Source: Escherichia coli O127:H6 str. E2348/69 (GTDB lineage: Bacteria > Pseudomonadota > Gammaproteobacteria > Enterobacterales > Enterobacteriaceae). Taken from it: a stretch of 64,000 nucleotides of DNA. The notes under the pieces are model-generated. The model had not been told where the DNA came from, ran no database searches, and saw only the letters and a list, made by a program, of their open reading frames with translations. Shown piece after piece: positions 16,159-28,062 of the stretch (position 1 is its first letter; every line of letters starts with the position of its first letter). Made by a program: the position numbers and the translations under genes. Where the stretch lies: the NCBI RefSeq assembly GCF_000026545.1, contig NC_011601.1. One strand, given 5' to 3'.

Positions 16159-17532
16159 ATGTCTGTACAGCAAATCGACTGGGATCTGGCCCTGATCCAG
16201 AAATATAACTATTCCGGGCCACGATACACCTCGTACCCGACCGCGCTGGAGTTTTCAGAAGACTTCGGCGAACAGGCGTTTTTACAAGCCGTGGCGCGCT
16301 ATCCTGAGCGTCCATTATCTCTCTACGTACATATTCCGTTCTGCCATAAGCTTTGTTACTTCTGCGGTTGCAATAAGATTGTTACTCGCCAGCAGCACAA
16401 GGCCGATCAGTATCTGGACGCGCTGGAGCAAGAAATCGTCCATCGTGCACCGCTGTTCGCCGGGCGTCACGTCAGCCAATTGCACTGGGGCGGCGGAACG
16501 CCGACGTATCTGAATAAAGCGCAAATCAGCCGTCTGATGAAGCTGCTGCGCGAAAACTTCCAGTTCAATGCCGATGCGGAGATCTCGATCGAAGTCGATC
16601 CGCGGGAAATCGAACTGGATGTACTCGATCATTTACGCGCCGAAGGCTTTAATCGGCTGAGCATGGGCGTGCAGGACTTCAACAAAGAAGTGCAACGTCT
16701 GGTTAACCGCGAGCAGGATGAAGAGTTCATCTTTGCACTGCTTAACCATGCGCGTGAGATTGGCTTTACCTCCACCAACATCGACCTGATTTACGGCCTG
16801 CCGAAACAGACGCCGGAGAGTTTCGCCTTTACCCTGAAACGCGTGGCGGAGCTGAACCCCGATCGTCTGAGCGTCTTTAACTACGCGCATTTGCCGACCA
16901 TTTTTGCTGCTCAGCGCAAAATCAAAGACGCTGAACTGCCGAGTCCGCAGCAAAAACTCGATATCCTGCAGGAAACCATCGCCTTCCTGACACAATCGGG
17001 CTATCAGTTTATCGGTATGGATCACTTTGCCCGTCCGGATGACGAGCTGGCGGTGGCCCAGCGTGAAGGCGTGCTGCATCGTAACTTCCAGGGCTACACC
17101 ACTCAGGGCGATACCGATCTGCTGGGGATGGGCGTTTCCGCCATCAGCATGATTGGCGACTGCTACGCGCAGAACCAGAAAGAGTTGAAGCAGTACTATC
17201 AGCAAGTGGATGAACAAGGCAATGCGCTGTGGCGTGGTATTGCGCTAACGCGTGATGACTGTATTCGCCGCGATGTGATTAAGTCGCTCATCTGCAACTT
17301 CCGTCTGGATTACGCCCCTATTGAGCAACAGTGGGATTTGCTCTTCGCTGATTACTTTGCGGAAGATCTCAAGTTGCTCGCCCCGTTAGCAAAAGATGGG
17401 CTGGTGGATGTGGATGAGAAGGGAATACAGGTGACGGCGAAAGGTCGCTTGCTGATCCGCAACATTTGCATGTGCTTTGATACCTATCTGCGCCAGAAAG
17501 CGCGGATGCAGCAGTTCTCTCGGGTGATTTAA
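16159..17532 (+). CDS. hemN: Oxygen-independent coproporphyrinogen III oxidase (radical SAM)
   Basis: Radical-SAM CxxxCxxC motif (CHKLCYFCGC) and HemN-like length; ATG at 16159 (the track ORF starts 2 codons upstream at GTG). Confidence 0.93.
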   Translation: MSVQQIDWDLALIQKYNYSGPRYTSYPTALEFSEDFGEQAFLQAVARYPERPLSLYVHIPFCHKLCYFCGCNKIVTRQQHKADQYLDALEQEIVHRAPLFAGRHVSQLHWGGGTPTYLNKAQISRLMKLLRENFQFNADAEISIEVDPREIELDVLDHLRAEGFNRLSMGVQDFNKEVQRLVNREQDEEFIFALLNHAREIGFTSTNIDLIYGLPKQTPESFAFTLKRVAELNPDRLSVFNYAHLPTIFAAQRKIKDAELPSPQQKLDILQETIAFLTQSGYQFIGMDHFARPDDELAVAQREGVLHRNFQGYTTQGDTDLLGMGVSAISMIGDCYAQNQKELKQYYQQVDEQGNALWRGIALTRDDCIRRDVIKSLICNFRLDYAPIEQQWDLLFADYFAEDLKLLAPLAKDGLVDVDEKGIQVTAKGRLLIRNICMCFDTYLRQKARMQQFSRVI

Positions 17533-17589
17533 ATTGTGAATGGCGCTTCGTTTACAAAGTAGAAAACGAAAGCGCCATCAATGTGCTGA

Positions 17590-17760
<171 letters not shown>

Positions 17761-17764
17761 AGCT

Positions 17765-17875
17765 TCAGCTAAACAGCCCTATCATCGCGGCACACAGCAC
17801 GGCAGCAACAGCAGTTTGCGGTGTGTGGCTGTCAACTGCGCCACTCGATACCAGATTAATTATTGATTCCAGCAT
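17765..17875 (-). CDS. yshB: Small hydrophobic protein YshB (36 aa)
   Basis: Minus-strand ORF translating to MLESIINLVSSGAVDSHTPQTAVAAVLCAAMIGLFS; below the 60-aa cutoff of the ORF track; position between hemN and glnG matches the annotated E. coli small protein as I recall it. Confidence 0.55.
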   Translation of the reverse strand: MLESIINLVSSGAVDSHTPQTAVAAVLCAAMIGLFS

Positions 17876-17986
17876 AATGACTCTCCCCGTTTTCCGGGCA
17901 AGATCATACTGAACTTATAGGAACAGTAAAGCGCAAAATACCAGCAATTTGCGCTCAATAATCAATCTTTACACACAAGCCGTGAA

Positions 17987-19396
17987 TCACTCCATCCCCA
18001 GCTCTTTTAACTTACGCGTCAGGGTGTTGCGGCCCCAGCCAAGTAGCCGCGCCGCTTCCTGTTTATGCCCCTGCGTATGTCGCAGCGCGGTGGTCAGTAA
18101 CGTCCGTTCCAGCTCTGGCTGTGCTTCGGAAAGCAGGTTTTGATGACCGGAACGCAGCGCTCTGTCTGCCCACTGTGCTAACAGCGTTGCCCAACTGTCC
18201 GGCTGCATGTGCGAAGGGCTTTCTGCTACGGTGGATTCAAACAGTTCGCCAGGCAAATCCTGAATCAACACTTCCTGTCCGGCAGCCATTACCGTTAGCC
18301 AGCGGCAGGTGTTTTCCAGCTGGCGCACGTTGCCTGGCCACGTCAGACGCGTCAGCGCGGCTTCGGTTTCCGGATGCAGCAACTTCGCTTCTACGCCCAG
18401 CTCTCGCGCGGCAACCTGTAAAAAATGGCGCGCCAGACGGGGAATATCTTCCCGACGTTCGCGCAGCGGCGGCAGATGAACGCGGATGACGTTCAGGCGG
18501 TGGAACAGATCCTCACGGAACTTGCCTTCCTGCACCCGCTGTTCAAGATTCTGGTGAGTGGCAGCGATAATCCGCACATCTACTTTCACCGGCGCATAGC
18601 CGCCAACGCGATAAAACTGACCGTCTGCCAGCACGCGCAGCAAACGCGTCTGCACATCTAGCGGCATATCGCCAATTTCATCGAGAAATAATGTACCGCC
18701 ATCAGCCTGTTCAAAACGCCCCTGACGAATGGTATTCGCGCCGGTAAATGCGCCTTTCTCGTGACCAAACAGTTCGGATTCGATCAAATCCTTCGGGATA
18801 GCCGCCATATTGAGCGCGATAAACGGCGCTTTGGCTCGCGGACTGTGGCGATGCAGGGCATGAGCGACCAGTTCTTTACCGGTGCCGGACTCGCCGTTAA
18901 TCAGCACGCTAATAGAAGAACGCGAAAGCCGACCGATAATCCGGAACACGTCCTGCATGGCTGGCGCCTCACCGATGATATCGGTCGTTGGGCCGTTAAG
19001 CTGAACATTACGCGGCTGCTGCTGTTCCTGGTAATGACTGATGGCGCGCTCAACCAGCGCCACGGCTTCGTCGATATCAAACGGTTTGGGCAGATAATCA
19101 AATGCCCCTTGTTGATAGGCGCTGACGGCAGCATCCAGATCGGAATGTGCGGTCATAATGATGACCGGAAGCATCGGATGGCGCTGTTTAATCTGCTTGA
19201 GCAGCGCCAGCCCGTCCATTCCCGGCATACGGATATCTGAAAGCAGCACATCCGGCGTTTTGCTCGCCAGCGCCTCCAGTACTTCCGCGCCGTTCTCAAA
19301 TGTCGTACAGGTTAAACCCGCTCCAGCGAGCGCACGTTCAAGCACCCAACGGATGGAACTATCGTCATCGACTACCCAGACTATCCCTCGTTGCAT
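17987..19396 (-). CDS. glnG: Nitrogen regulation response regulator NtrC (sigma-54 activator)
   Basis: 469-aa product from the ATG at 19396 ([12 protein letters not shown]...): receiver domain, AAA+ sigma-54 interaction domain with GAFTGA motif (EKGAFTGA), C-terminal HTH. Confidence 0.95.
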   Translation of the reverse strand: MQRGIVWVVDDDSSIRWVLERALAGAGLTCTTFENGAEVLEALASKTPDVLLSDIRMPGMDGLALLKQIKQRHPMLPVIIMTAHSDLDAAVSAYQQGAFDYLPKPFDIDEAVALVERAISHYQEQQQPRNVQLNGPTTDIIGEAPAMQDVFRIIGRLSRSSISVLINGESGTGKELVAHALHRHSPRAKAPFIALNMAAIPKDLIESELFGHEKGAFTGANTIRQGRFEQADGGTLFLDEIGDMPLDVQTRLLRVLADGQFYRVGGYAPVKVDVRIIAATHQNLEQRVQEGKFREDLFHRLNVIRVHLPPLRERREDIPRLARHFLQVAARELGVEAKLLHPETEAALTRLTWPGNVRQLENTCRWLTVMAAGQEVLIQDLPGELFESTVAESPSHMQPDSWATLLAQWADRALRSGHQNLLSEAQPELERTLLTTALRHTQGHKQEAARLLGWGRNTLTRKLKELGME

Positions 19397-19407
19397 AAAC
19401 GTCACCT

Positions 19408-20457
19408 TTATTTCCTGATAGGCAGGTAAACCGAGAACTCGGTATGACCTGGCCAACTGGTAAATTCAATTTTGCCTGAATGCTGATCAATCAAATTACG
19501 GGCGATGGATAAGCCAAGCCCGGTGCCACCTTCGCGGCCGCTGACCATCGGGTAAAACAGCGTATCCTGCAAATGAGGCGGAATGCCCGGCCCGTTATCT
19601 TCCACATCAATCCGCGCCGCCAGCCGATAGCGCTCGCCGTGTAAGGTCAGTTGAAACGCTGTGCGGGTACGCAGAATGATTTCACCACCCTCCGGCCCCA
19701 GCGCCTGTAGCGCATTGCGCACAATATTCAGCAAGACCTGTTCAATTTGATCCGGGTCGTGCGCCAGTTCCGGCAGGCTGGGGTCGTAATCCCGAATCAA
19801 CCGCACGTTGTTCGGCAGTTCCATCGACACCAGCGTCACCACGCGTTCAGCCACTTTGTGAATACTTTCGGTAATGCGCGTACCGGGCAGCTGCGGCCCC
19901 AACAGACGGTCGACCAGATTTCGCAGCCGGTCCGCCTGTTCGATAATCACTTTGGTATATTCGAGTAGTGACGGGTCAGGTAATGCTTTGCTGAGCAGCT
20001 GCGCCGCGCCACGTAAACCGCCAAGCGGATTTTTAATCTCATGTGCCAGGCCGCGCACTAAATCACGGGCAGCAACCTGCTGGGCGTGCTGTAGCTGTTC
20101 CTGACTTAAGCGGCGCTGGTTATCCATCGGTGCCATCTCCAGCAGGATCATGCCGTCCGGCATACGCTGAGCCGTCACAGAAAGGATATGCGAGCGCCCG
20201 TCGATGACCAGCGTCACTTCGTTATCGGTAAAACCTTGCCCCGCCTCCAGACTTTCTTGCATCAGCTCGATATTTAATGAGAAGTAGCTCAACAGTTCCG
20301 GTAACGGCGTACCAAACAATTTGCGGGAGCTTTGGGCGAGCAGTTGTTGCGCGGCGGGGTTGGCGTAATGGATCGCCAGATTGTCATCGATTAACAAAAT
20401 ACTGTTAATCAGCGAGTTGAGGATCTGCCCAGCATCGGGCTGCGTGCCTGTTGCCAT
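19408..20457 (-). CDS. glnL: Nitrogen regulation sensor histidine kinase NtrB
   Basis: 349-aa ORF with PAS-like N-terminus, H-box (LAHEIKNPL) and ATPase G-boxes; sits between glnA and glnG. Confidence 0.95.
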   Translation of the reverse strand: MATGTQPDAGQILNSLINSILLIDDNLAIHYANPAAQQLLAQSSRKLFGTPLPELLSYFSLNIELMQESLEAGQGFTDNEVTLVIDGRSHILSVTAQRMPDGMILLEMAPMDNQRRLSQEQLQHAQQVAARDLVRGLAHEIKNPLGGLRGAAQLLSKALPDPSLLEYTKVIIEQADRLRNLVDRLLGPQLPGTRITESIHKVAERVVTLVSMELPNNVRLIRDYDPSLPELAHDPDQIEQVLLNIVRNALQALGPEGGEIILRTRTAFQLTLHGERYRLAARIDVEDNGPGIPPHLQDTLFYPMVSGREGGTGLGLSIARNLIDQHSGKIEFTSWPGHTEFSVYLPIRK

Positions 20458-20544
20458 AAAGCAGTCTCCTGAACAGGTTGCACCATTTTAGTGCATTATA
20501 GCTTTTTACGGATAAAAAGCGCGAAGCATCAGAGAATTGACGGA

Positions 20545-20570
20545 GAAAAAAGCCCATGCAGAGATGGGCT
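20545..20570 (-). terminator. Rho-independent terminator downstream of glnA
   Basis: On the minus strand: hairpin AGCCCATCTCTGCATGGGCT followed by TTTTTT. Confidence 0.7.
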
Positions 20571-20630
20571 GAAAGTTTCCACGGCAACTAAATCCCGGCG
20601 TTGTTGCGCCGGGTAGTACAACTTCAACTA

Positions 20631-22040
20631 TTAGACGCTGTAGTACAGCTCAAACTCTACCGGATGCGGAGTCATACGCACGCGGTCATCTTCTTCGCGA
20701 CGCAGAGCGATGTACGCATCGATCGCTTCATCCGTGAACACGCCACCAGCTTTCAGGAACTCGCGATCCAGATCCAGTTCGTTCAGTGCTTCTTCCAGAG
20801 AGCCTGCAACCTGTGGGATCTCTTTCGCTTCTTCTGGCGGCAGGTCATACAGGTTTTTGTCCATGGCTTCGCCCGGATGGATCTTGTTCTTGATGCCATC
20901 AAGACCGGCCATCAGCAGGGCAGCAAAGCACAGGTACGGGTTAGCCGCCGGGTCCGGGAAACGTACTTCGATACGACGTGCTTTCGGAGAAGAAACCACC
21001 GGAATACGGATAGACGCAGAACGATTACGCGCAGAGTAAGCCAGCATTACCGGTGCTTCGTAGCCCGGGACCAGACGCTTGTAAGAGTTGGTGGTCGGGT
21101 TTGCCAGGGCGTTAATCGCTTTCGCGTGTTTGATTACGCCGCCAATGTAGTACAGCGCCTGTTCAGACAGACCTGCGTATTTGTCGCCAGCAAACAGGTT
21201 GACGCCGTTTTTAGACAGCGACATGTGGCAGTGCATACCGGAACCGTTATCACCGAACATCGGTTTTGGCATAAAGGTCGCGGTCTTGCCGAAACGGTGC
21301 GCCACGTTGTGCACGACATATTTGTAGATCTGAATTTCGTCAGCTTTTTTGGTCATGGTATTGAAGCGGGTAGCCACTTCGTTCTGACCTGCGGTAGCGA
21401 CTTCGTGGTGATGAGCTTCAACCACCAGACCCATCTGTTCCATCACCAGACACATTTCAGAACGAATATCCTGAGCTGAGTCTACCGGCGGAACCGGGAA
21501 GTAACCGCCTTTCACTGCCGGACGGTGACCTTTGTTACCACCTTCATATTGGGTGGAGGAGTTCCATGCGCCTTCGATATCGTCGATAGCAACGTGGGAA
21601 CCGGAGATAGACGATCCGAAACGGATGTCATCGAACAGGAAGAATTCAGGTTCTGGCCCGAACAGTACGGTGTCGGCAATGCCAGTAGAACGCAGGTAAT
21701 CTTCAGCGCGCTTCGCAATAGAGCGCGGGTCACGGTCATAGCCTTGCAGGGTGCCAGGTTCAAGGATGTCGCAACGGATAATCAGGGTAGAATCGGCGAA
21801 GAACGGGTCAATCACTGCGGTGGATGCGTCTGGCATCAGCACCATATCGGATTCGTTAATGCCTTTCCAGCCGCCAATCGAGGAGCCGTCAAACATTTTG
21901 CCTTCTTCGAAGAATTCGGCATTCACCTGATGAGCAGGGATAGTGACGTGCTGTTCTTTACCTTTGGTATCGGTGAAGCGCAAATCAACAAACTTCACTT
22001 CGTGCTCGTTCAGCATCGTCAGTACGTGTTCAGCGGACAT
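20631..22040 (-). CDS. glnA: Glutamine synthetase (type I)
   Basis: 469-aa ORF with characteristic GS motifs (e.g. the adenylylation-site region NLYDLPPEE, and [14 protein letters not shown]). Confidence 0.97.
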
Positions 22041-22123
22041 ACTTTAACTCTCCTGGATTGGTCATTGTCGTCGTGGTAACGAAATCTGCAATTAAATGGG
22101 CCGTGTCGCCGTAAAAAAGATAA

Positions 22124-22139
22124 AGCGAAATCTGTGCCA
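22124..22139 (-). promoter_or_regulatory. Sigma-54 promoter glnAp2 (-24 TGGCAC / -12 TCGCT)
   Basis: Minus-strand sequence TTGGCACAGATTTCGCTTTAT matches the sigma-54 consensus TGGCAC-N5-TTGCA and lies about 85-100 nt upstream of the glnA start. Confidence 0.8.
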
Positions 22140-22213
22140 ACTTTTAAATTGCCCCTAAAAGGCGTTATCATGCTTAACATCGTGCAAAAGGGCTGCACCA
22201 TGATGTGAATGTT

Positions 22214-22261
22214 GCACCAATATAGTGCTTCAATGGAAACATTAAGCACCATATTGGTGCA
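22214..22261. promoter_or_regulatory. Tandem NtrC enhancer binding sites upstream of glnAp2
   Basis: Two dyad-symmetric sites TGCACCAATATAGTGCT and GCACCATATTGGTGCA resembling the NtrC consensus TGCACCA-N3-TGGTGCA, about 100-140 nt upstream of the sigma-54 promoter. Confidence 0.75.
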
Positions 22262-22412
22262 ATGACCTTTGGATAACCCTTTTTATGCTCCGTGAAAGCG
22301 ATCACAAAGGGACTCTGCAATACTTGTTTGCGGAGGATGTTTGTGATCCTGTTTTGTAGTGCGATTAATCCGTGTACAATAACGCGCTATTTCTAATGCC
22401 TGAGGCAAAGTT

Positions 22413-24236
22413 GTGATCGAAAAATTGCGTAATATCGCCATCATCGCGCACGTAGACCATGGTAAAACCACCCTGGTAGACAAGCTGCTCCAACAATCCG
22501 GTACGTTCGACTCTCGTGCCGAAACCCAAGAGCGCGTGATGGACTCCAACGATTTGGAGAAAGAGCGTGGGATTACCATCCTCGCGAAAAACACCGCTAT
22601 CAAATGGAATGATTACCGTATCAACATCGTTGATACCCCGGGGCACGCCGACTTCGGTGGTGAAGTTGAACGTGTAATGTCCATGGTAGACTCAGTGCTG
22701 CTGGTGGTTGACGCATTTGACGGCCCGATGCCGCAAACGCGCTTCGTAACCAAAAAAGCGTTTGCTTACGGCCTGAAGCCGATTGTTGTTATCAACAAAG
22801 TTGACCGCCCTGGCGCGCGTCCTGATTGGGTTGTGGATCAGGTATTCGATCTGTTCGTTAACCTCGACGCGACCGACGAGCAGCTGGACTTCCCGATCGT
22901 TTACGCTTCTGCGCTGAACGGTATCGCGGGTCTGGACCACGAAGATATGGCGGAAGACATGACCCCGCTGTATCAGGCGATTGTTGACCACGTTCCTGCG
23001 CCGGACGTTGACCTTGACGGTCCGTTCCAGATGCAGATTTCTCAGCTCGATTACAACAGCTATGTTGGCGTTATCGGCATTGGCCGCATCAAGCGCGGTA
23101 AAGTGAAGCCGAACCAGCAGGTTACTATCATCGATAGCGAAGGCAAAACCCGCAACGCGAAAGTCGGTAAAGTGCTGGGCCACCTCGGTCTGGAACGTAT
23201 CGAAACCGATCTGGCGGAAGCTGGCGATATCGTGGCGATCACGGGTCTTGGCGAACTGAACATTTCTGACACCGTTTGCGACACGCAAAACGTTGAAGCG
23301 CTGCCGGCACTCTCCGTTGATGAGCCGACCGTTTCTATGTTCTTCTGCGTTAACACCTCGCCGTTCTGCGGTAAAGAAGGTAAGTTCGTAACGTCTCGTC
23401 AGATCCTGGATCGTCTGAACAAAGAACTGGTACACAACGTTGCGCTACGCGTAGAAGAAACCGAAGACGCCGATGCGTTCCGCGTTTCTGGTCGTGGCGA
23501 ACTGCACCTGTCTGTTCTTATTGAAAACATGCGTCGTGAAGGTTTCGAACTGGCGGTATCCCGTCCGAAAGTAATCTTCCGTGAAATCGACGGTCGTAAA
23601 CAAGAGCCGTATGAAAACGTGACGCTGGACGTTGAAGAACAGCATCAGGGTTCTGTGATGCAGGCGCTGGGCGAACGTAAAGGCGACCTGAAAAACATGA
23701 ATCCAGACGGTAAAGGCCGCGTACGTCTCGACTACGTGATCCCAAGCCGTGGTCTGATTGGCTTCCGTTCTGAGTTCATGACCATGACTTCTGGTACTGG
23801 TCTGTTGTACTCCACCTTCAGCCACTACGACGACGTACGTCCGGGTGAAGTGGGTCAGCGTCAGAACGGCGTACTGATCTCTAACGGTCAGGGTAAAGCG
23901 GTAGCGTTCGCGCTGTTCGGTCTGCAGGATCGCGGTAAGCTGTTCCTCGGTCACGGTGCTGAAGTTTACGAAGGTCAGATTATCGGTATTCACAGCCGCT
24001 CTAACGACCTGACTGTAAACTGCCTGACCGGTAAGAAACTGACCAACATGCGTGCTTCCGGTACTGACGAAGCCGTTGTTCTGGTTCCGCCTATCCGCAT
24101 GACTCTGGAACAAGCTCTGGAGTTCATCGATGATGACGAGCTGGTAGAAGTGACTCCGACCTCTATCCGTATTCGTAAACGTCACCTGACGGAAAACGAT
24201 CGTCGTCGCGCCAACCGCGCACCGAAAGACGATTAA
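22413..24236 (+). CDS. typA: Ribosome-associated translational GTPase BipA/TypA
   Basis: 607-aa ORF with EF-G-like GTPase motifs ([18 protein letters not shown]). Confidence 0.95.
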   Translation: MIEKLRNIAIIAHVDHGKTTLVDKLLQQSGTFDSRAETQERVMDSNDLEKERGITILAKNTAIKWNDYRINIVDTPGHADFGGEVERVMSMVDSVLLVVDAFDGPMPQTRFVTKKAFAYGLKPIVVINKVDRPGARPDWVVDQVFDLFVNLDATDEQLDFPIVYASALNGIAGLDHEDMAEDMTPLYQAIVDHVPAPDVDLDGPFQMQISQLDYNSYVGVIGIGRIKRGKVKPNQQVTIIDSEGKTRNAKVGKVLGHLGLERIETDLAEAGDIVAITGLGELNISDTVCDTQNVEALPALSVDEPTVSMFFCVNTSPFCGKEGKFVTSRQILDRLNKELVHNVALRVEETEDADAFRVSGRGELHLSVLIENMRREGFELAVSRPKVIFREIDGRKQEPYENVTLDVEEQHQGSVMQALGERKGDLKNMNPDGKGRVRLDYVIPSRGLIGFRSEFMTMTSGTGLLYSTFSHYDDVRPGEVGQRQNGVLISNGQGKAVAFALFGLQDRGKLFLGHGAEVYEGQIIGIHSRSNDLTVNCLTGKKLTNMRASGTDEAVVLVPPIRMTLEQALEFIDDDELVEVTPTSIRIRKRHLTENDRRRANRAPKDD

Positions 24237-24259
24237 TTTCGTTTTTTAGTCATAAAAAA

Positions 24260-24285
24260 CCTGCCAGCGATGGCAGGTTTTTTTT
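24260..24285 (+). terminator. Rho-independent terminator downstream of typA
   Basis: Hairpin CCTGCCAGCGATGGCAGG followed by an 8-nt T-run. Confidence 0.8.
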
Positions 24286-24342
24286 GGCTTATGGAAAACA
24301 AAATCCGCTGAAATTCCCAGCGGATTTTCCGAAGTTTCAATT

Positions 24343-25131
24343 TCAGGATACTTCTTGCTCGGCAACCACCAGTTCAACATTCTCTTCACTTAACAACTGG
24401 CAGAAAGAATTGGGAGGTGGGGCATCAGTAAAAAAAGCCCTGACATTCCGTGCATTGCCAATTGAAACGGCAGCAGACGCGGTAAACTTCGTATGATCGG
24501 CCACTAACAATGTATTCCGCGCATGTTTAATCATCGTTCTCGCGACTAACGCTTCATTGACATCAAATTCCAGCAGGGTGCCGTCATGTTCAATGGCACC
24601 TATACTGGTGATTAAATAATCTGCGCGGAAGCCTTCAATAAAATCCACGGCTCCTGGGCCGATAATCCCACCGTTATGAGCGCGTAAAGTGCCTCCCGGC
24701 ACCATCACTTCAATATCCTGATTCTTATAAAGAATCTGTGCCACACGCAGGCTATTAGTGATAATGCGTAAATCACGCCGGTTGAGTAATGCCCTGGCAA
24801 CGGCTTCTACGGTTGTACCGATGGTGATAAAGACGGTACAGCGTTCGGGAAGGTAATCGGCGACTGCCTCAGCGATCGCCCGTTTCTCGGCGGTGAGCGA
24901 AAGTTCCCGTTGCTCAAAAGCGGTATTCATGACGCTGGAGACGCGCCCGGCCCCTCCATGATGACGGGTGATCAAGCCCTGCTCACTGAGTTTTCGGATA
25001 TCCCGGCGCACGGTTTGCGTTGAAACATCCAGCAGTTGTGCCAGTTCTTCAATATTCATATAACCGCGTTCTGCGATTAGATGAACGAGTTGGTCATGGC
25101 GTGGATTACCTGTCACTGCGATGATACTCAT
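24343..25131 (-). CDS. DeoR-family transcriptional repressor, CsqR/YihW-like
   Basis: 262-aa ORF with N-terminal HTH (LLDVSTQTVRRDIRKLSEQGLI) and DeoR C-terminal sugar-phosphate binding domain; similar to, but clearly diverged from, E. coli K-12 YihW as I recall it. Confidence 0.8.
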   Translation of the reverse strand: MSIIAVTGNPRHDQLVHLIAERGYMNIEELAQLLDVSTQTVRRDIRKLSEQGLITRHHGGAGRVSSVMNTAFEQRELSLTAEKRAIAEAVADYLPERCTVFITIGTTVEAVARALLNRRDLRIITNSLRVAQILYKNQDIEVMVPGGTLRAHNGGIIGPGAVDFIEGFRADYLITSIGAIEHDGTLLEFDVNEALVARTMIKHARNTLLVADHTKFTASAAVSIGNARNVRAFFTDAPPPNSFCQLLSEENVELVVAEQEVS

Positions 25132-25170
25132 GAATACTCCCTTGCCCCTCCTCGGTAGATGTTTACCATT

Positions 25171-26067
25171 TTACGCATAAAGTGACAAAAATGATTCGGT
25201 TTGCTCACGATTAGGAATGCCGGCCCGACCGCCAGGCTGGGTACATTTCATCGCGGCAACCGCACTGGCAAAACGAATAGCCTCTTTTGTTGGCATTTTT
25301 TCTGCCAACGCTACCGCGAGTGCGCCGTGAAAAACATCGCCTGCTCCAGTGGTATCAACCACATTGACAGAAAATGCCTCCTGTTGACACAAATGACCAT
25401 CTTCAATCCACAACGATCCTTCAGAACCCAGCGTAACATACACTTTACCTGCTGTTTGTGTCGTTGCCTGGAACAAACCTTCTTCAGGTGACTGCAGGCC
25501 AGTCATGCGTTTCAGCCCTGGTGTTGAGAACACGGCGTGATCGGCAAGCGCGACAAGTGGAGAAATATCCTGCGGTGTCATATCGGCGTCTAAAAGCGTT
25601 GTCACACCCGCAAGGCGCGCTAGCGAGAATGCTTTTTCAGTACCGCTATGCCAGCGAACATCGGCCAGAATCAGATCATAACGAGAGAAATCGATCGCTT
25701 CTAACCATTCGGCATCAGTACCGAGATCAGGACTTGGATAATTAACGATAATCCGTTCGCCATGCTGATCAACGAGGATCGCTGATTGCGACGAACGGGC
25801 GTTAGGATATCGGCGGCAAAATGCGGTATTGACGCCCCAACCCTCAAGTTCTGCAAGTAAGGTATTTCCACAACTGTCATCGCCGACGCGACCGATGAAA
25901 TCAACCTCCACGCCAAGCTTTGCGATTGCAACAGCGGCTGTTGCTGCCGGGCCGCCACCAATCTCAAGATAATGATTTGCCTGATATTTCCCGCCACCCT
26001 CCGGCAGAGTGGGCAAAGAATAAATTCTGTCCTGAACTGTGATACCCACGCATGCAATTCTGGTCAT
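25171..26067 (-). CDS. PfkB-family sugar kinase, YihV (sulfofructose kinase)-like
   Basis: Ribokinase/PfkB motifs ([12 protein letters not shown] near the C-terminus); 298 aa from the internal ATG at 26067 ([11 protein letters not shown]...); the longer 315-aa track ORF would overlap the divergent neighbour. Confidence 0.8.
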   Translation of the reverse strand: MTRIACVGITVQDRIYSLPTLPEGGGKYQANHYLEIGGGPAATAAVAIAKLGVEVDFIGRVGDDSCGNTLLAELEGWGVNTAFCRRYPNARSSQSAILVDQHGERIIVNYPSPDLGTDAEWLEAIDFSRYDLILADVRWHSGTEKAFSLARLAGVTTLLDADMTPQDISPLVALADHAVFSTPGLKRMTGLQSPEEGLFQATTQTAGKVYVTLGSEGSLWIEDGHLCQQEAFSVNVVDTTGAGDVFHGALAVALAEKMPTKEAIRFASAVAAMKCTQPGGRAGIPNREQTESFLSLYA

Positions 26068-26239
26068 ATTTGTCTTGTCCTGTTTAATTTTGTCGTCTTT
26101 GGTCAATTTAAATGACACAAATGATCAAATTAGTGATGCGTGTCGTGTTTTTGAACATAAATTACAAATATGCTCAAAAACAGACGAAAACGAATTTTCA
26201 ATTGTCATTATTTTGTCAATGTCAGACAGGAGAGTATTC

Positions 26240-27118
26240 ATGGCAACCATTGCATTTCTCGGGCTGGGGCAGATGGGTAGCCCAATGGCTAACAATCTAT
26301 TGCAAAAAGGGCATTCATTGCAGGTATTTGATGTCAATACACAGGCCGTCGATGCGCTAGTTACGCAGGGGGCCACTGCGGCACAAACCCCAGCGGAAGC
26401 GGCAGCAAGCGCTGAATTTATCATCACTATGCTTCCCAATGGGGACATTGTTCGACAGGTGCTGTTGGGGGAAAAAGGCGTCTGTGAAACTGTTTCATCT
26501 GACGCGTTATTGATTGATATGTCGACTATTCATCCCTTACAGACCGATGCATTAATACGGGAATTACAAGAAAAAGGCATCAATATGATGGACGCCCCCG
26601 TGGGCAGAACGTCAGTGAATGCGATTGATGGCACATTGCTGATTTTAGCGGGCGGCACTGATGAGCAGATTGCGCGTGCACGCCCGATTCTCATGTGCAT
26701 GGGTAATGAGCTGGTCGAGGCTGGCGGCCCAGGAATGGGGATCCGCGTGAAGCTAATTAACAACTATATGAGCATTGCGCTTAATGCGCTGTCCTCCGAA
26801 GCCGCTGTGTTATGTGAGTCACTGGGATTAAATCTTGATGTCGCAATTAAGGTGATGAGTGGTACGGCAGCAGGGAAAGGACATTTTACGACCACCTGGC
26901 CTGGCAAAGTGCTGAAAGGCGATCTTTCTCCCGCCTTCATGGTGGACCTGGCATTGAAAGATCTGCGTATTGCAGTTGACGTCGCTCGGGAAACGGGGGC
27001 GCCGCTCAATATGGGGATTGCAGCAGAAAGTTATTACGCCGCAGCAAGTCAAGACGGCAAAGGGCGGCAGGACTGGAGCGCCCTGCTAAATCAGGTTCGC
27101 CAGCAGGCTGGTCTTTAA
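26240..27118 (+). CDS. NAD(P)-dependent beta-hydroxyacid dehydrogenase, YihU (sulfolactaldehyde reductase)-like
   Basis: Rossmann motif at the N-terminus ([17 protein letters not shown]) typical of the HIBADH/GarR/YihU family; ATG at 26240 preceded by an AGGAGAG Shine-Dalgarno. The 359-aa track ORF is an upstream extension. Confidence 0.8.
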   Translation: MATIAFLGLGQMGSPMANNLLQKGHSLQVFDVNTQAVDALVTQGATAAQTPAEAAASAEFIITMLPNGDIVRQVLLGEKGVCETVSSDALLIDMSTIHPLQTDALIRELQEKGINMMDAPVGRTSVNAIDGTLLILAGGTDEQIARARPILMCMGNELVEAGGPGMGIRVKLINNYMSIALNALSSEAAVLCESLGLNLDVAIKVMSGTAAGKGHFTTTWPGKVLKGDLSPAFMVDLALKDLRIAVDVARETGAPLNMGIAAESYYAAASQDGKGRQDWSALLNQVRQQAGL

Positions 27119-27142
27119 TTTTATCTATTAACAGGAGTTTCT

Positions 27143-28030
27143 ATGTCATCCCACTTCACCCCATTTACGCTGAAAGATATCTCCCGCCCAGGTGGTGGAT
27201 TCGCCATGTTAGCTGTCGATCAGCGTGAGGCCATGCGCCTGATGTTTGCGGCAGCAGGGCAGCCAAAACCCATCGCCGACAGTGTACTCACCGATTTTAA
27301 AGTTGCCGCGACCCGAATCCTTTCTCCTTATGCTTCTGCCGTTCTGGCGGATAAACAATTTTGTCTTGAACAAATAGTCGAGCAGGGCGCTGTGGCTAAT
27401 TCTTGCGGCCTGATTGTCGCTGCCGATCTTTTTATCCCAGGTAATGGCATCCCGGTTGATAGCGTTGAAATAGATATGTCCGTCGACCCGCATAAAGCCC
27501 GTGAAATGGGGGCTAAGGCAATGAAATTACTTGTACTCTGGCGTGAAGATGAACCCGCAGAGGAACGTCTGGCAATGGTTGATAAATTTGTTCGTCGCTG
27601 CCGTAGTGCCGGGCTGGTTAGCATTATTGAACCTGTGGTGCGTCCACCTCGTCGCGGTTGGGACTTTGATCGTGAAAGCGCCATTGTTGCCGCCGCCGCA
27701 GAGCTTGGTGGAACAGAGGCTGATCTTTACAAAGCCGAGATGCCATTAGGGGGCAAAGGCGATGAAAAAACCTTACTTGCCGCCTGTCAGCAACTTAACG
27801 ATCAGATGAAGATGCCGTGGGTAATTCTTTCTTCTGGCGTTGATGCCGATATTTTTGGCCGTGCAGTAAGTATTGCCATGAAAGGTGGTGCGTCGGGCTT
27901 CCTGGCTGGACGAGCGGTTTGGGCGTCGGTTGTTGGTGCACAAGATCCACAAACCATGCTGCGCGATGTCTCCGTTCCACGCTTGCAACGGCTGGCTGAA
28001 ATTGTCGATGAAGGTATCGCGCAACGCTAA
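27143..28030 (+). CDS. Class I aldolase, YihT (sulfofructose-phosphate aldolase)/LacD-like
   Basis: 295-aa ORF (…[15 protein letters not shown]…, IEPVVRPP) homologous to YihT/tagatose-bisphosphate aldolase; diverged from the K-12 YihT sequence as I recall it. Confidence 0.8.
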   Translation: MSSHFTPFTLKDISRPGGGFAMLAVDQREAMRLMFAAAGQPKPIADSVLTDFKVAATRILSPYASAVLADKQFCLEQIVEQGAVANSCGLIVAADLFIPGNGIPVDSVEIDMSVDPHKAREMGAKAMKLLVLWREDEPAEERLAMVDKFVRRCRSAGLVSIIEPVVRPPRRGWDFDRESAIVAAAAELGGTEADLYKAEMPLGGKGDEKTLLAACQQLNDQMKMPWVILSSGVDADIFGRAVSIAMKGGASGFLAGRAVWASVVGAQDPQTMLRDVSVPRLQRLAEIVDEGIAQR

Positions 28031-28062
28031 TCCCCTATGGATATCGATTCTGGAGAATAACA

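Noticed and set aside
16633-17217. 194-aa minus-strand ORF
   Set aside because: Antisense to hemN; no recognisable features.
18761-19240. 159-aa plus-strand ORF
   Set aside because: Antisense to glnG.
20601-21479. 292-aa plus-strand ORF
   Set aside because: Fully antisense to glnA; Arg/His/Val-rich low-complexity translation typical of the reverse strand of a highly expressed gene.
22692-24185. Two long minus-strand ORFs (247 aa and 246 aa)
   Set aside because: Antisense to typA; no motifs, composition typical of shadow ORFs.
26039-26239. Upstream extension of the yihU-like ORF (track start at 26039)
   Set aside because: The extension would overlap the divergent kinase gene and lacks a ribosome-binding site; the ATG at 26240 has an AGGAGAG Shine-Dalgarno and gives the Rossmann motif at the expected N-terminal position.
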